DNA from: Eledone cirrhosa
Taxonomy: Eukaryota
Direction: 5' to 3'
Assembly: GCA_964016885.1 (NCBI GenBank)
Contig: OZ024741.1
Location: 339,326,001 to 339,390,000 of the forward strand
DNA: 64,000 bases
The notes beneath the pieces were generated by a model. It searched no databases. It saw nothing but the letters and a program-made list of their open reading frames with translations, and had not been told where the DNA came from. The translations under genes were made by a program, and so were the position numbers. Positions 40,184-53,859 of the stretch are shown piece after piece (position 1 is the first letter of the stretch; each line of letters begins with the position of its first letter).

Positions 40184-40591
40184 GCCATTTTCATTACAAC
40201 AAACGGCATATACACGCATATAAAAGAGAACTAAAAAAAAAACAAAGAAACACCAATAACAAATAAACAAAATGAAGTTAAATAAAAGTAAATATAAATG
40301 GTTAAATAAATACAGAAAATGTGATAAAAATATATTATCTCTTTCTGTTGGAGCTTCTAATTGATTTGCAGAAATATTCACCAAATTCTCATCATCATCT
40401 CTCATTCTTTAAAAATGGCATATATATATATATATATTGTGTATGTATGTATATATGTGTGTGTCTATATATATGTATATAAATATATATTCATATAAAT
40501 TATATAGATATGTATATATATGTATATATATATACATGTATATAGATATGTATATATGTATATATATACATATACATATGCATGTATATAG

Positions 40592-40629
<38 letters not shown>

Positions 40630-40693
40630 ATAGATATGTATATATATATATATACATGTATATATATGTATATATACATGTATATAGAGATGT

Positions 40694-40743
<50 letters not shown>

Positions 40744-40795
40744 TTTTTTTAAATATATATATATATACATATACATATACATGTATATAGATATG

Positions 40796-40827
<32 letters not shown>

Positions 40828-40954
40828 TGTATACTTATATATATATACATACATATGCATGTATATAGATATGTTATATATATATATGTATATATATATA
40901 TCTGTATATATATATATCTGTATATATATTTATACATATGCATGTATATATATG

Positions 40955-41001
<47 letters not shown>

Positions 41002-41369
41002 ATATGTATATATATATGTATATATGTAATGTATATATATATTTATATATTCATATTTTTATTAATATTTTTCAAATATATTTTCATTCCGGCTGCCATC
41101 TTTGCTGCTTTATTATATATTTCTACTTCATTATTTTATTTTAATAATTAATTTATTTATTTACCTTACTCTTTTACTTGTTCCAACTGACAGGCTGAGA
41201 CCATGCTGGGGCACCACTATTCTTTGCTGTTTGTTTAAATTTTTTTTAAAAATATTATATTTTAATTCTAACTACTATCTCTTTTAATTTAAAAAAAAAT
41301 TATGGGCTGTGGCAGTAGGGTGGATGAGTGGGTTCTAGCTTTACTGCTGAATATCTTAATAGTGGGAGG

Positions 41370-41409
<40 letters not shown>

Positions 41410-41546
41410 CATGTATATATATATCATCATCATAAATGTACATATATGTGTATATCTATATATATATGTATGTATATATTATATATATATATATGTATAT
41501 AAATTGTATATATATATATGTATATATGTATATAAATTATATATAA

Positions 41547-41581
<35 letters not shown>

Positions 41582-42320
41582 AATTTTAATATCGTTAGAA
41601 TTGGATATCAGAAAATGTGTTATTAATATAATATCGGTGTCGTTTTATTAACTGCACTTATTGTTATTGTTGTTGTTGTTGTTATCAGGCTAAGGCAGGC
41701 TTATAAGAGAAATGTTCACATACACACACATACATACAGGCATACACACACACACACACACACATACACATATGTATTAACAAATTTAATGTTAATATTC
41801 ACTTGCAGTTTGAATATGTGTGTATGTGTTTGCATGTATACGTGTATATGTGTTAGCTTGTATATGTGTACATGTCTAGGTGTGTATGTGTTTGTATGTA
41901 TATGTATGCATGTATATGTGCATATGTATTAGCTTGTCTATGTGTGTATGTGGTTGCATGTATATGTGTATATGTTTAGGTGTATATGTGTTTGTATGTG
42001 TATGCATACGTCTGTAATTGCATGTGTATGTATATGTTTGCATGTGAACATACCTGTGTACAGGGATATGTGTGTATGTGTTTGCATGTGTATACATATG
42101 TCTGTATGTATGCATGTATGAGTGTGTGTCTGTTTCTTAATATGCATGGTGGTAAATGAAAGTATAAACAGACACATACACAATGGGGAGATTGAGAGAG
42201 AGATAATCTCTTTGCATATATACATACATAACTGTGTGTAGAAAGTGTCTCTACTATTCTATCTCTCACATATGCATACATACCCACACATAAAAATATT
42301 TAAATATATGTATATATATG
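38790..42320. repeat. Microsatellite field (TA, TATG, CA)
   Basis: Directly visible runs with AT-rich spacers. Confidence 0.85.
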
Positions 42321-42334
42321 CATGTATATGTATC

Positions 42335-43060
42335 TTCATCATCATTCATTTTTCATGTTTGCATGGCTTAGACAGGTTGTCACATTATGAGATCATTCAG
42401 ATCAAGTGACCACATCTTCATCATATGGATCTGTATTTTAGCTTGGTGTCTACATCTGGATGCCATTCCTAACACCAATTATGTTAAAGTATAGACTGAG
42501 TGCTTTTTATGATGACACCAAAATGACCATATTACTGGGTGGATTATGTGGTTTTTGTTATATCACTAGCACAACCACCTTAAGATGTGTTTTCTTGCAT
42601 CACCAGCATGACCGCTATACAAGGTGAACTGAGTGCTTTTTTTCTCATGTCACCAGCACAATCTCTATACAGGGTGGACTGGCAGCCTGTTGTCTTGTCA
42701 CAAGCATAACAGTGAATGGGGGGAGACAAGACAATTGGTGCAGTCTTCTATGTTTGTTTCATCCTGAGCACATGGGAAGGCAGGTCTTCTGCAGTACAGC
42801 ATAATGTCAGGGATCCTGGTCCTGTTTCATCTCCTTTGTGAGGTTTAAATGGACAAGGTCAGCTTTTATCACTTCATCCTAAGCTTTCTTAGGTCTTCCT
42901 CCTCAACATTGATCACTCTGCATCTTTTTATACAGCTGTCTGCCTCAATCTCCTCTTCTCCACATTGCATCTGAGACCGCTTATTCCCAGTTTCTCTCTC
43001 AGTTCATTGATACTTCGCCATTCATGTACACTACTATTACACATGCATCTGAACTGCAGA
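42335..43060 (-). mobile_element. Old RTE-X-like LINE 3' fragment
   Basis: MCNSSVHEWRSINELREKLGISGLRC..RRLR and GRPKK..DEVIKADL..LNL match the long LINE C-terminus; degenerate 3' UTR and tail. Confidence 0.7.
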
Positions 43061-43164
43061 GGGAGAGAACTTCACAGCACCATTTCTGGATTATTATCCT
43101 TCTTTGAAGGAACTTACTCCATTGCTGCTGAGAAGGAAATAGGCTGAAAGTGGACATTAAAGGA

Positions 43165-43339
43165 TGTGTATGTATGTATATATATGTATATATGTAAATA
43201 TATATATATACATACATATATATATACATCTATATACATACATACATCTATATACAATAATATATATATACACATATACATATACACATATACATATACA
43301 CATATACATATATACACACATATACATACATATATATAC

Positions 43340-43371
<32 letters not shown>

Positions 43372-45072
43372 ATACATATATATATACACATATATATACA
43401 CACACATACACACACATATATATATACATATACATATACACATACATATACATATACATACATACACATACATACATATACATATACATATACATACATA
43501 TACACATACACATACACATACATATACATATACATACACATACACATACATATATATATACATACATATACATATACATATACATATACACATACATATA
43601 CATATATACATACATACACATATACACATATATATATATATATGTATATATATATGTATATATATATATGTATGTGTATATATATATGTATGTATATGTA
43701 TATATATATATATGTGTATGTATATATATGTGTATATATGTGTATGTGTATGTGTATATATATGTATATATATATGTATGTGTATATATATATATATGTA
43801 TATGTGTATATATATATGTATATATATATATATGTGTGTATATATATATGTATATGTATATGTATATATATATGTATATATGTATGTATGTGTATATATG
43901 TGTGTATGTATATGTATATATGTATGTATGTATATATATGTGTATATATGTATATATGTGTGTATATGTGTATATATATATGTATGTATATATGTATATA
44001 TATGTATATGTATATGTGTGTATATGTATGTGTATGTATATATATATGTGTGTATATATATATGTGTGTATATATATATGTATGTATGTATGTGTGTATG
44101 TATATGTATATGTATGTATATGTGTATGTGTATGTATATATATATGTATGTATATATATGTGTATGTGTATGTGTATGTATATGTATATGTATATATGTG
44201 TATATATGTATGTATGTATGTATATATATATGTATGTGTGTATGTGTGTATATATGTATATATATGTGTGTATATGTATGTATGTGTGTATGTATATATG
44301 TATATGTATATGTATGTATATATGTATATATATATATGTATATATATATGTGTATGTGTATATTTATGTATGTATATATGATGGTATCCAATGATGTTGA
44401 CTTGTTCTTCTTTTTGGTAAATATCATCTTGGTTAAGAGAGTGGGACTGGCTTTGTGCAGTGCCTTTGCTCACTATAAAAGCTTCACGGCACGGGCATTG
44501 TTTTATATCTGGAGATCTCTCTGCACTTGTCGTCATATGGTACCATGGGCCCAGCACTATGTGTCAATAATTGTCACAAGTGTAGTGTTTGTACCAGAGT
44601 TTTCAAGTTGCTGGCTGGACTAAAAAGTCACACTCGTTCAGCATTGGTAGGAGTTCTCCTACATGGATATAGGGTAGTGGCCGTACTTGAAAACGAGTTG
44701 GCAGCGACCATGTATATATATATATGTATGTATGTATGTGTATGTATATATGTATGTGTATGTATATATGTATGTGTATGTATGTATGTATGTGTATGTA
44801 TATATGTATGTGTATGTATATATGTATGTGTATGTATATGTATATGTATGTGTATGTATATATGTATGTGTATATATATATATGTATGTGTATATATATA
44901 TATGTATGTATATATATATGTATGTATGTATATATGTATGTATGTATATATGTATGTATGTGTATGTGTATGTATATATATATGTATGTATGTATATATG
45001 TATGTATGTATATATGTATGTATGTATGTATATATGTATGTATATATATATGTATGTATATATATATGTATG

Positions 45073-45106
<34 letters not shown>

Positions 45107-46055
45107 TGTATGTATATATATATATATGTATGTATGTATATATGTATGTATGTATATATATATATATGTATGTATATATATATATATGTATGTATATATA
45201 TATATATATGTATGTATATATATATGTATGTATGTATGTATGTATATATATATATGTATATTTATGTATGTATATATATATATATGTATGTATATATATA
45301 TGTATGTATATATATATGTATGTATATATATATATGTATGTATATATATATATGTATGTATATGTATATGTATGTATATATATATGTATGTATATGTATG
45401 TGTATGTATATGTATATGTATGTATATATATATGTATGTATGTATATATGTATGTATATATGTATGTATAATATATGTATGTGTGATATATGTATGTATA
45501 TATATATGTATGTATATATATATGTATGTATGTATATATATATGTATGTATGTATATATATATGTATGTATGTATATATGTATGTATGTATGTATATGTG
45601 TATGTATGTGTGTGTATATATGTATGTATATATGTATATATGTATGTATATATGTATGTATATATGTATATATGTATGTATGTGTGTATGTATGTATGTG
45701 TGTATATATATATATATGTATGTATATATATATATATGTATGTATGTATATATATATGTATGTGTATGTATATATATGTATGTATATATGTATATATGTA
45801 TGTATATATATATATATATGTATGTATATATATATATATATGTATGTATATGTATATATATATGTATGTATATGTATATGTATGTATATATATGTATATG
45901 TATGTATATATATATATATGTATGTATATGTATATATGTATGTCTATATATATATGTGTGTATGTATGTATATATATATGTGTATGTATATGTATATATA
46001 TATGTATATATGTGTGTATGTATATATGTATATATATATGTATGTATATATATAT
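43165..46055. repeat. TACA/TATG microsatellite tracts (interrupted at 44379-44710)
   Basis: Directly visible runs. Confidence 0.9.
44379..44710 (+). mobile_element. Truncated copy of a short RTE-derived non-autonomous element
   Basis: Near-identical to 46332-46662. Confidence 0.7.
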
Positions 46056-46662
46056 GTCAGGTCACCAGTTGGTGCTACTGGTAACATGTATCCCAGTACA
46101 ACCTGTCTCATGGTCGGGTCGTTGGCGACTAAACTGGCAACCCCACCAAGGTTTCTTGGTGAGGAGGGTGACTTTGGACATCCTGCAGGACTAAAAACAA
46201 AACCTGTCAAAGGGCAAAGGAGCTCTTAAGAGTCAATGGCCATCCAAAATCACCGGGAGAGATGACCCCTTAGCCTTTGTCAAGGCAGAATTCTAGGAGA
46301 AGGAAAACTCTGATATAACACCTGCAACCCTGATGGTATCCAATGATGTTGACTTGTTCTTCTTTTTGGTAAATATCATCTTGGTTAAGAGAGTGGGACT
46401 GGCTTTGTGCAGTGCCTTTGCTCACTATAAAAGCTTCACGGCACAGGCATTGCTTTATATCTGGAGATCTCTGCACTTGTCGTCACAGGGTACCATGGGC
46501 CCAGCACTATGTGTCAATAATTGTCACAAGTGTAGTGTTTGTACCAGAGTTTTCAAGTCGCTGGCTGGAATAAAAAGTCACATTCGTTCAGCGCATCGGT
46601 AGGGGTTCTCCTACATGGATATAAAGTAGTGGCCGTACTCGAAAACGAGTTGGCAGCCACCA
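46056..46662 (+). mobile_element. About 600-bp internally deleted RTE/BovB-like element
   Basis: 5' part with CTAGGAGAAGGAAAACTCTGA (RTE 5' UTR-like), joined to [22 protein letters not shown] (C2H2 finger typical of RTE ORF ends) and an ACTCG-AAAA-CGAGT hairpin. Confidence 0.6.
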
Positions 46663-46699
46663 TATGTAAATATATATATATATATATATAAAATATGAC

Positions 46700-47028
46700 A
46701 AAAAATGCCCAGTAAACATTGTAAAGTGAGCATTTGGTGCCATGACAAAAGTGCCCAGTTCACATTGTAAAATCGTTGTTTTGGTGTCATGATAAAAAGC
46801 ACTCAATCTACACTGTAAAGAGGTTGCTTTGTTGCCAAAATAAAAAGCACCTAATCCACACTGTTATGTAGATGACGTTAGAAAGGGCTTCCAGCCACCA
46901 TAGAAACCAAGTCAGAATTGGTTTTGTATGAGCAAGTTATGGTTAGCTGATCTGGTTTGTTTCACAATAGGACACCGCATCTAACCCATGCTAATATGAA
47001 AAAATGGACGTTAAAAGATGATGATGAT
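46700..47028 (+). mobile_element. Degenerate RTE-X-like 3' tail
   Basis: CTAACCCATGCTAATATGAAAAAATGGACGTTAAAAGATGATG. Confidence 0.65.
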
Positions 47029-47499
47029 ACTTACTTACATTTTACTTCAAAACATCTAATATAACACCATTTTGTTTTTCTCTTTTTTTTTGTGTATTGC
47101 TTTTTTTTCCTTCTTCATATACCCTTGGTGATAACTGCTGAATAACATTTCAGCAGTCTTTTTTATTGTAATGAAAACAATTAGTTTGTAATTTACAGTT
47201 GATGAAGATAGCAATTAACGAATGTGGTTGATTAGGTTGTGATTATGAACAATGTAGTTTTACATCTTCATCATCCATGTAGATATTTAATAAATGGTGT
47301 GGGATTATCAACACATATCCAATCTCTATGTTCACATTGAATATATGAAGGAAATCAACATCTTAGTTTAATAATAAATTAGTTGTTTGTTTCATGGATC
47401 GTAAAATATATATTAAAATCTTTGATTTAAAATAATCACTGAAATTATGCTTGATTAAATAGAGATCGACATTCTGTGATTGGCGAAAATGAAGATAAA

Positions 47500-47670
47500 T
47501 AGCTAGGAAATGCAAACAGCTCTTTCCAATTCCTGGAAGGTAACATTGAAGAAATCAATAACTCCTGTTATGTAGGTGACCTAATTAGGTGTGAAGGGCG
47601 GGCTCTGAAAACATAACAGCTAGAATAAGAGCAAGATGTAAAATGTTCAGGATTAATACCTCTGTTGATG
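47500..47670 (+). mobile_element. RTE-X-like internal ORF fragment
   Basis: EGNIEEINNSCYVGDLI...SENITARIRA matches EGSIEIVDSFRYLGDKI...SESTVARVR of the long LINE. Confidence 0.55.
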
Positions 47671-47836
47671 TCCTAGATATGTGCTTAAAGTGTTAGCTTT
47701 GCAACCATGTGCTTCTTGGTTCAATACAGTTGCTTGATACCTTAACAAAGTGTCTTCTATAATAACTTCTAGTTGATCAATGGCTTATGAGTGGAATTTA
47801 GTCGTTGGAAACTGCAGAAACTCATCATTATATATA

Positions 47837-48186
47837 TCATCATTCATCATCATTTCATTTTACGTCTGCTTTTTCCCTGCTTGCAAGGGTGGGACGGGAA
47901 CTGATTCTGGCTTGATTTCTACAGCTGGATGCCCTTCCTAATACCAACTTCATTTACAGTGAGTGCTGGGTGCTTTTTTTTGCTGTGGCACCTCCACAAC
48001 CACTTTACAGCTGTAGAAATGAGATGATAGGGACGTCAGTCCCTATCATCTCATTTCTACAGCTGAGTAAACTGGAGCAATGTGAAATAAAGTGTCTTGC
48101 TCAAGACACATCACCCGGTCTGAGAATTGAACTCACAACCTTTCGATTGCAAGGTCAATGCTCTAACCACTAAGCCATGTGCCTCC
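47837..48186 (-). mobile_element. SINE family B
   Basis: Full head, body and RTE tail as at 22806-23187. Confidence 0.85.
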
Positions 48187-48510
48187 ATATATAATATGAC
48201 AATGGTTAAGATTGCTTCACAATCATTAGGTCATGGGTTTAATCTCTTATCCCCCTGTAATTTACCATAGCATTGGGTCGACTCATATCTTGTGAGTGAA
48301 ATTGGGTAGGCAGAAACTGTTAGGAAGCCTGTTGGATAAACTGCAACTGTAATTCCAAAGACCAGCCTGGTATCACACTAAACCTCTCTGAGAATTACAT
48401 TAAAGGTATATGATTGTGGACTGCACAACCACTTACACATTAGGTTCATGAGCAAGCTGTTCCATCAATCAAATAACTCGAGTTGAAACCAATGGATGTC
48501 AACTACTATT

Positions 48511-48548
<38 letters not shown>

Positions 48549-48739
48549 AAGAGAAATAAGCATTAAATGCTTCAAAACATCAGCGACCCACAGCAGACAG
48601 CCGAAAAGCATGAATTGTCCTTATATTTGTGTTTCTCTTACATTTTCTAAACAATATTTATTAGTAAACCACACACTGCCTTATATATATATATATATAT
48701 ATATATAATGTATATAATGTATATAGTTGTTTTTTTTTG

Positions 48740-48927
48740 TGCCATGATAAAAAGAACCCAGTCCATACTGTAAATGTGGTTGGCATTAGGGAGGGCATCC
48801 AACTGTAGAAGTGAGAAACAGTTCTGAACAAGCAAGACATGATCATCTGATTTGACTTGTCTCACAATAGGACACTCATCTAACCCATGCTAGCATGGAA
48901 AAATGGACATTAAACGGTAATGATGAT
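48740..48927 (+). mobile_element. RTE-X-like 3' tail
   Basis: GGCATTAGGGAGGGCATCC...CCATGCTAGCATGGAAAAATGGACATTAAACGG. Confidence 0.7.
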
Positions 48928-49308
48928 ATATATATATATATGTGTGTATGTGTGTGTGTACCCAGATGTTAGGGTGTGCTATCCAACCACTCTATTTAAT
49001 TATTTCCTTTTCACAAGCTGGATCTATTTATTAACATTATTTTTTACCATTCCATCAGGTAAATATATGTAAATTGTGTATGTAAAATAATTGAGTCATT
49101 GAAGGATAGTGTGGAGTGGATCTATATACGACGGACTGGAAGTGAAGAATGGCATTGTGTGTACGTGTATATGTATATGTATGTATGTATATATGTATGT
49201 ATGTATGTATGTAAAGAAAACAAAGAGAAACAGTGTCACATATTCAACATCGTTTTATTCCATTATATTAATATATATATTATTTATTATATATATTATG
49301 TGTTTCTC

Positions 49309-49364
<56 letters not shown>

Positions 49365-49406
49365 GATATAAATATATATATATATATATATACGGAACCA
49401 GAATAT

Positions 49407-49585
49407 GTAAGGAACCAGATGGACCATAACGCACCAAAGTACTCAATACTTAGGGTAGTAGAGTGGGTAATAGGAACAAGTATGACCCCGACGGCAGAGC
49501 CGGTATTACCCACTCTACTACCCTAAGTATTGAGTACTTTGGTGCGTTATAGTCCATCTGGTTCCTTACCACAATTCCTTCATTA
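49407..49585. mobile_element. Palindromic Penelope-like pLTR remnant (66-bp inverted arms)
   Basis: 49407-49472 is the reverse complement of 49504-49569 with one mismatch; same family as 51328 and 54881. Confidence 0.65.
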
Positions 49586-49605
49586 TATATATATATATAT
49601 ATATA

Positions 49606-49737
49606 TATGTTATTCCGGGTTGAATTGGAGGTAACCACAGTAAGTAAGGTACTCAATACATAGCAGAGTATAAATGTTTTAATATAGAGGAGCTTCTACA
49701 GGACTAGAACTGTTTCATTCGTGAGAAATCATCAGGA
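49606..49737 (-). mobile_element. Penelope-like pLTR fragment with degenerate minimal hammerhead ribozyme
   Basis: Reverse strand CTGATGA-TTTCTCACGAAT-GAAACAG-TTCTAGTC-CTGTA, then GTATTGAGTAC shared with the other pLTR family. Confidence 0.55.
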
Positions 49738-49819
49738 TATATATATATATCATATCATATCATATCATATATATATATATTATATATATATAGTGTCTAC
49801 ACATGTACATACACATACA

Positions 49820-49962
49820 CACAAATTAGCAGAGTTGTTTGCCCAACAGATAGAATTCTTTATGGAATACATTTCAACTCTGTGCTCCGTGTTCGAATCC
49901 TGTCAAAATCAATATTGCCTTTCACCACTATTGTATTGATAAAATACCAGTTGAGTATTGGG
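49820..49962 (+). mobile_element. Degenerate SINE family A-like copy
   Basis: GTGTTCGAATCC B box followed by TTGCCTTTCA...GATAAAATACCAG. Confidence 0.5.
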
Positions 49963-50259
49963 AGTGAGGTTTTTCTCTCTCCCTAGCTACTTTTCTCTCA
50001 CTCTCTCTTTCTCTTTGGAAGAAATTGATGCAGTTTACACCTGAGGTGCGGTAAGCTTTGCTAGGTTTAAAATATCATAGACATAACCCCCACAACTCCA
50101 TCAAGAGTTGAAGACTCTGAAAAGGAAGGCAGAATATATATATAAAGTTTATGAAGCATGGAAGACTGAGGTTTCAAAGTGCTTTAGCTGTGGATCAAGG
50201 GAGCACATTGTGTGAATTATGATTAAAAGTGATTGTAATTAAATTGGGATATATAAATA

Positions 50260-50990
50260 TCATCATCATCATTTTTATGTCTGTTGGGTCCTTCTCAGCA
50301 CAGCATCTCTCCACTCGTCACATTCCTTCGTCACCTTTGCCAGTCATAGTGATTTGAGGTCAGCTCTGACAACTCTACCCAGGTCTTTCTTGGTCTTCCA
50401 CTACTGTGGCTTCCTTCCACTGGGATTTCTTGGAATATCTTCACACAGTCGTCATAGTCCATGTGCATCCCATAACTATACCAATGCCATCTTCTCTCCT
50501 ACACACCATGTCAGATTCCCCTTAAACCGAGCTTCTCCCACAACTCATCCAAGCTCTGCCTTTCTCTCACACTTATGTTGCACATCCAACAAAGCATGGT
50601 TGCTTCATTTCTCTCCTGTCTATGCATGTCATCTGCAGTCACAGTTTACGTTTCACTACCATACAGCATCATACTTCACATACAGGTGTCATATAGCCGT
50701 CTGTTTGTACATAGGGAGAAACCTTTTGTTGTCAACAGTGGAAGTAGCTTTCTAAACTTCTTCCATCCTATCCTTATTCTAGCTATTATACTCTCAGCAT
50801 ACCCTCCTCTGCTGCTAATTAAGTCACCTAGATAGCAGAAGCTATCAACCATGTTTATGGATATTTCCTGTGACTGGAAAAGGTTTATATCACTGGCACT
50901 CCCTGAAGGAATCTGGGTCCTATCTTCTTTCCCACTCACTAGCACTTTAGTTTTGGAATCAAAAGGTTTGAGTTTACACTCAAACCTTTT
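50260..50990 (-). mobile_element. Old RTE-X-like LINE 3' fragment
   Basis: SKTKVLVSGKE..PSG, VDSFCYLGDLISSRGG..ARIRIGWKKFRKLLPLLTTKGFSL; (GAT)n tail at 50260. Confidence 0.8.
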
Positions 50991-51327
50991 GATTCCAAAT
51001 TCAGGTTCCATAACCAGAATTTATTTTCTAGTTCTTTTTTGGTTTCAGCTATAAGGACTGCATAGAGTCAAGGAAAATTGAGGATTCAAGAAACCTAACT
51101 TAAAATATTCATCATTTTTACCAGGTACTATACTAGTATATATAAATGCACACACACGCACAAGGATATTTGTTTATTTCTGATAGAAATGATTTCCGAA
51201 GGACCAGCACTGTTTCATTTGGCTGAAATTTCCTAATGTTTGCAACTGAATAAAGTTGCAAACATAGATGATCCGTCTAACCCATGCAAGTGTGGAAAAA
51301 TAGACATTAAACGATGATAATATATAT

Positions 51328-51490
51328 ATAACGAAAGAAGTGTGGTAAGGAACCAGGTGGACCATAATGCACCAGAGTACTTAATACTTAGAGTAGTAGA
51401 GTGGGTAATAGGAAAATGTTCAAGACGCGTCTAGAAATAGCCGTCGAAACGGCTTGAGCTCTGCCGTCGGGGTCTTGAACATTTTCCTAT
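51328..51490. mobile_element. Penelope-like pLTR remnant with fold-back and hammerhead half-core
   Basis: TAGGAAAATGTTCAAGAC...GTCTTGAACATTTTCCTA inverted pair; GAAACGGC-TTGAGCTCT-GCCGTC. Confidence 0.6.
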
Positions 51491-51557
51491 ATATATATAT
51501 ATATATAAAACTAATAAGACGTTTTGTACCTCTATTTTGTCGTTTCCTGGAACTATG

Positions 51558-51693
<136 letters not shown>

Positions 51694-51737
51694 TGGCACA
51701 AAATTCTCTAAAAGGCTGCAAAATAAATTCCCAAATA

Positions 51738-52082
51738 CGGGCGTGAAATATAATGTACTTGTTCACGTGACAGTCATAATTTCATTTATAACCAATCAAA
51801 TTACATTTATAAAGAAAAAGCCTTCGTGAGCCACCTTTTTTTAAATAAAAAAAATTCAAACACTAACTGGCGCGAAAGCTGATGTGCTTATTCACGTGAC
51901 TGCATCAACCAACCAAACTTCACTCATATATGAAAAAGCAACCTGAGCCCCCCCCCCCCTTTGTTTGAAGACAAATATAATAAGAACTTTGTAACGCGAA
52001 CTGGCGCGAAATTTATTATACTTATTCATCAACCAACCAAATTACTTCTCTAAAAACCTGGCATTTCAAGCCACTTTTTTCC
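51738..52082. promoter_or_regulatory. Three degenerate ~130-bp repeats carrying E2F, E-box and CCAAT-like motifs
   Basis: TGGCGCGAAA at 51868 and 52002, GGGCGTGAAA at 51739, TCACGTGAC at 51763 and 51892, CCAATC at 51792. Confidence 0.4.
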
Positions 52083-52260
52083 GTATAAAACAGAAGTAAC
52101 GTTCAAAGACCAACCAGATGTGAGAAAAACCACAAACCCTCCATCTCAATTCTACTTTTGAAAAGCAGAAGAACTGCGAAACCGGTAAAGGAACCAAATA
52201 AATATATATATTTAAAAAAAAAATAAGACTCCAGTTGCATTTTCGATTTCATCTCTTTTT

Positions 52261-52336
<76 letters not shown>

Positions 52337-52338
<2 letters not shown>

Positions 52339-52498
52339 ATTTATTAAAATAACAGATTAAAGTTTAAGCAAAGAATCGCTGCTTTCACCCTTAACGGGAT
52401 CTTCTGAAACTGAAAAAAATCAATTTGTGAACGCAGAAGTAAATATTTCAAAAAACGTTGCAACCGAAGGAAGACAGGAAGATGATACTTAGGTTCGT
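52337..52498 (+). repeat. About 160-bp inverted repeat, left arm
   Basis: Reverse complement of 54642-54802; partial third copy at 58612-58728. Confidence 0.9.
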
Positions 52499-52530
52499 GG
52501 AAACGTTCCCTGACAAAGAACGGATAAAGA

Positions 52531-52929
52531 CTTCCCGTTCCGCGGTGGCAAACCCTCGTCTGGGATGCCACTCGCACCGACACTTTCTGCAGCCGCAACC
52601 TGGTGCAGTCTGCGACTGACCGAGGTTCTGCTGCACGTCGGGCTGAGGGGGCCAAACTCCTCAAATACCGGTCGCTCTCCGACAGGTTTGCGGTCGTTCC
52701 CCTGGCAGTGGAAACTTCTGGTGTCCTCGGCCCCAGGGCTACCTCCTTACTCACCACCATAGGCGCTGAGCTGGCCAGCCGCAGGTGTGAGCCCCGCGAG
52801 TTGGAGTGGCTTTTCCAGCACGTCTCCCTTGCTGTCCTCCGGGGAAACGCCTTCTCCATTCTGTCCATTAGTTAAATGCCATTCTTTCATCTGATACAAC
52901 ACAATAAAAATTGTTATTGAAAAAAAAAA
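52531..52929 (+). mobile_element. CRE-clade non-LTR retrotransposon 3' fragment (restriction-like endonuclease domain, poly-A)
   Basis: FPFRGGK/LVWDATRTDT...AARRAEGAKLLKY...VPLAVETSG.LG...LFQHVSLAVLRGNAFSIL*; AATAAA then an A-run. Confidence 0.8.
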
Positions 52930-52987
52930 TGTGTTCTTCAGCAAGACACTTAACTTCACATTGCTCCAGTATACGTCACAATTTGAA

Positions 52988-53206
52988 GCGGTGAAAACAA
53001 TTACACGGAAAGACAAAACCACGTTTATGATATAAATGAAGTCGTAGACTAATATTCTATTAGGTGGTTCGTGGGGACGTTCTCTGGCAATGAACGGAAA
53101 AAACGAAGATGATAAGTCATTATGTGGAACGGTGAGAACAATTACACGCAAAGACAAAACCACATATATGGTATAACTGAAGTCGTAGACTAAAATTCTA
53201 TTAGGA
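52988..53206. repeat. About 140-bp direct repeat (1.5 copies)
   Basis: CGGTGA.AACAATTACACG.AAAGACAAAACCAC...GAAGTCGTAGACTAA.ATTCTATTAGG at 52989 and 53130. Confidence 0.8.
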
Positions 53207-53859
53207 AACCGAATGATTCCCGGCTTCAGAGTTAAGAATAAAGTAAATAAATTACAGAGGTAATTGAAATTAAATATATACATGCACGCAACCATATACG
53301 TACATACACAAGCATACGCGAAAACGCCCGCAATGGGTATTCCAATACAAGCACGTACACAAAAAACTCGCACGCACATACAGACCACACGCAACGCCTG
53401 TACCCGCACGTATACACCAAATACACATAAATATATATATATATGTGTGTGTGAGTGTGCGTGTATACATATAATTATATAAACGTATAGAAATATACAC
53501 ACATAAATACGTATAAACGCGCTCACACACATACCACCTGTAAATACACATATGTACGCAGACGTACGTCAACCAAAACACAAAGTACACATATACACAC
53601 ACCCTACATACGTACGAACCCGCATACTCACACAGACGCAAAACTCGCATATACGCATAACCATATGCACATGTACCAGTATATATAAAATATACGCCAT
53701 AACATATACAAGCAAATATACGTACGAGAAAGTATACGTACCTTCACAAAACATACAGGTAAAATGTACTTACCTATACAAATAAGTGATGGTATAAACA
53801 TAACATATACTTAGCTACCACATCAAGACGTAAAATATCCGTGTATAGTTCATACTATC

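Noticed and set aside
46333-46602. Host C2H2 zinc-finger gene
   Set aside because: Single finger inside a multi-copy element with an RTE-like 3' hairpin; the second copy is disrupted
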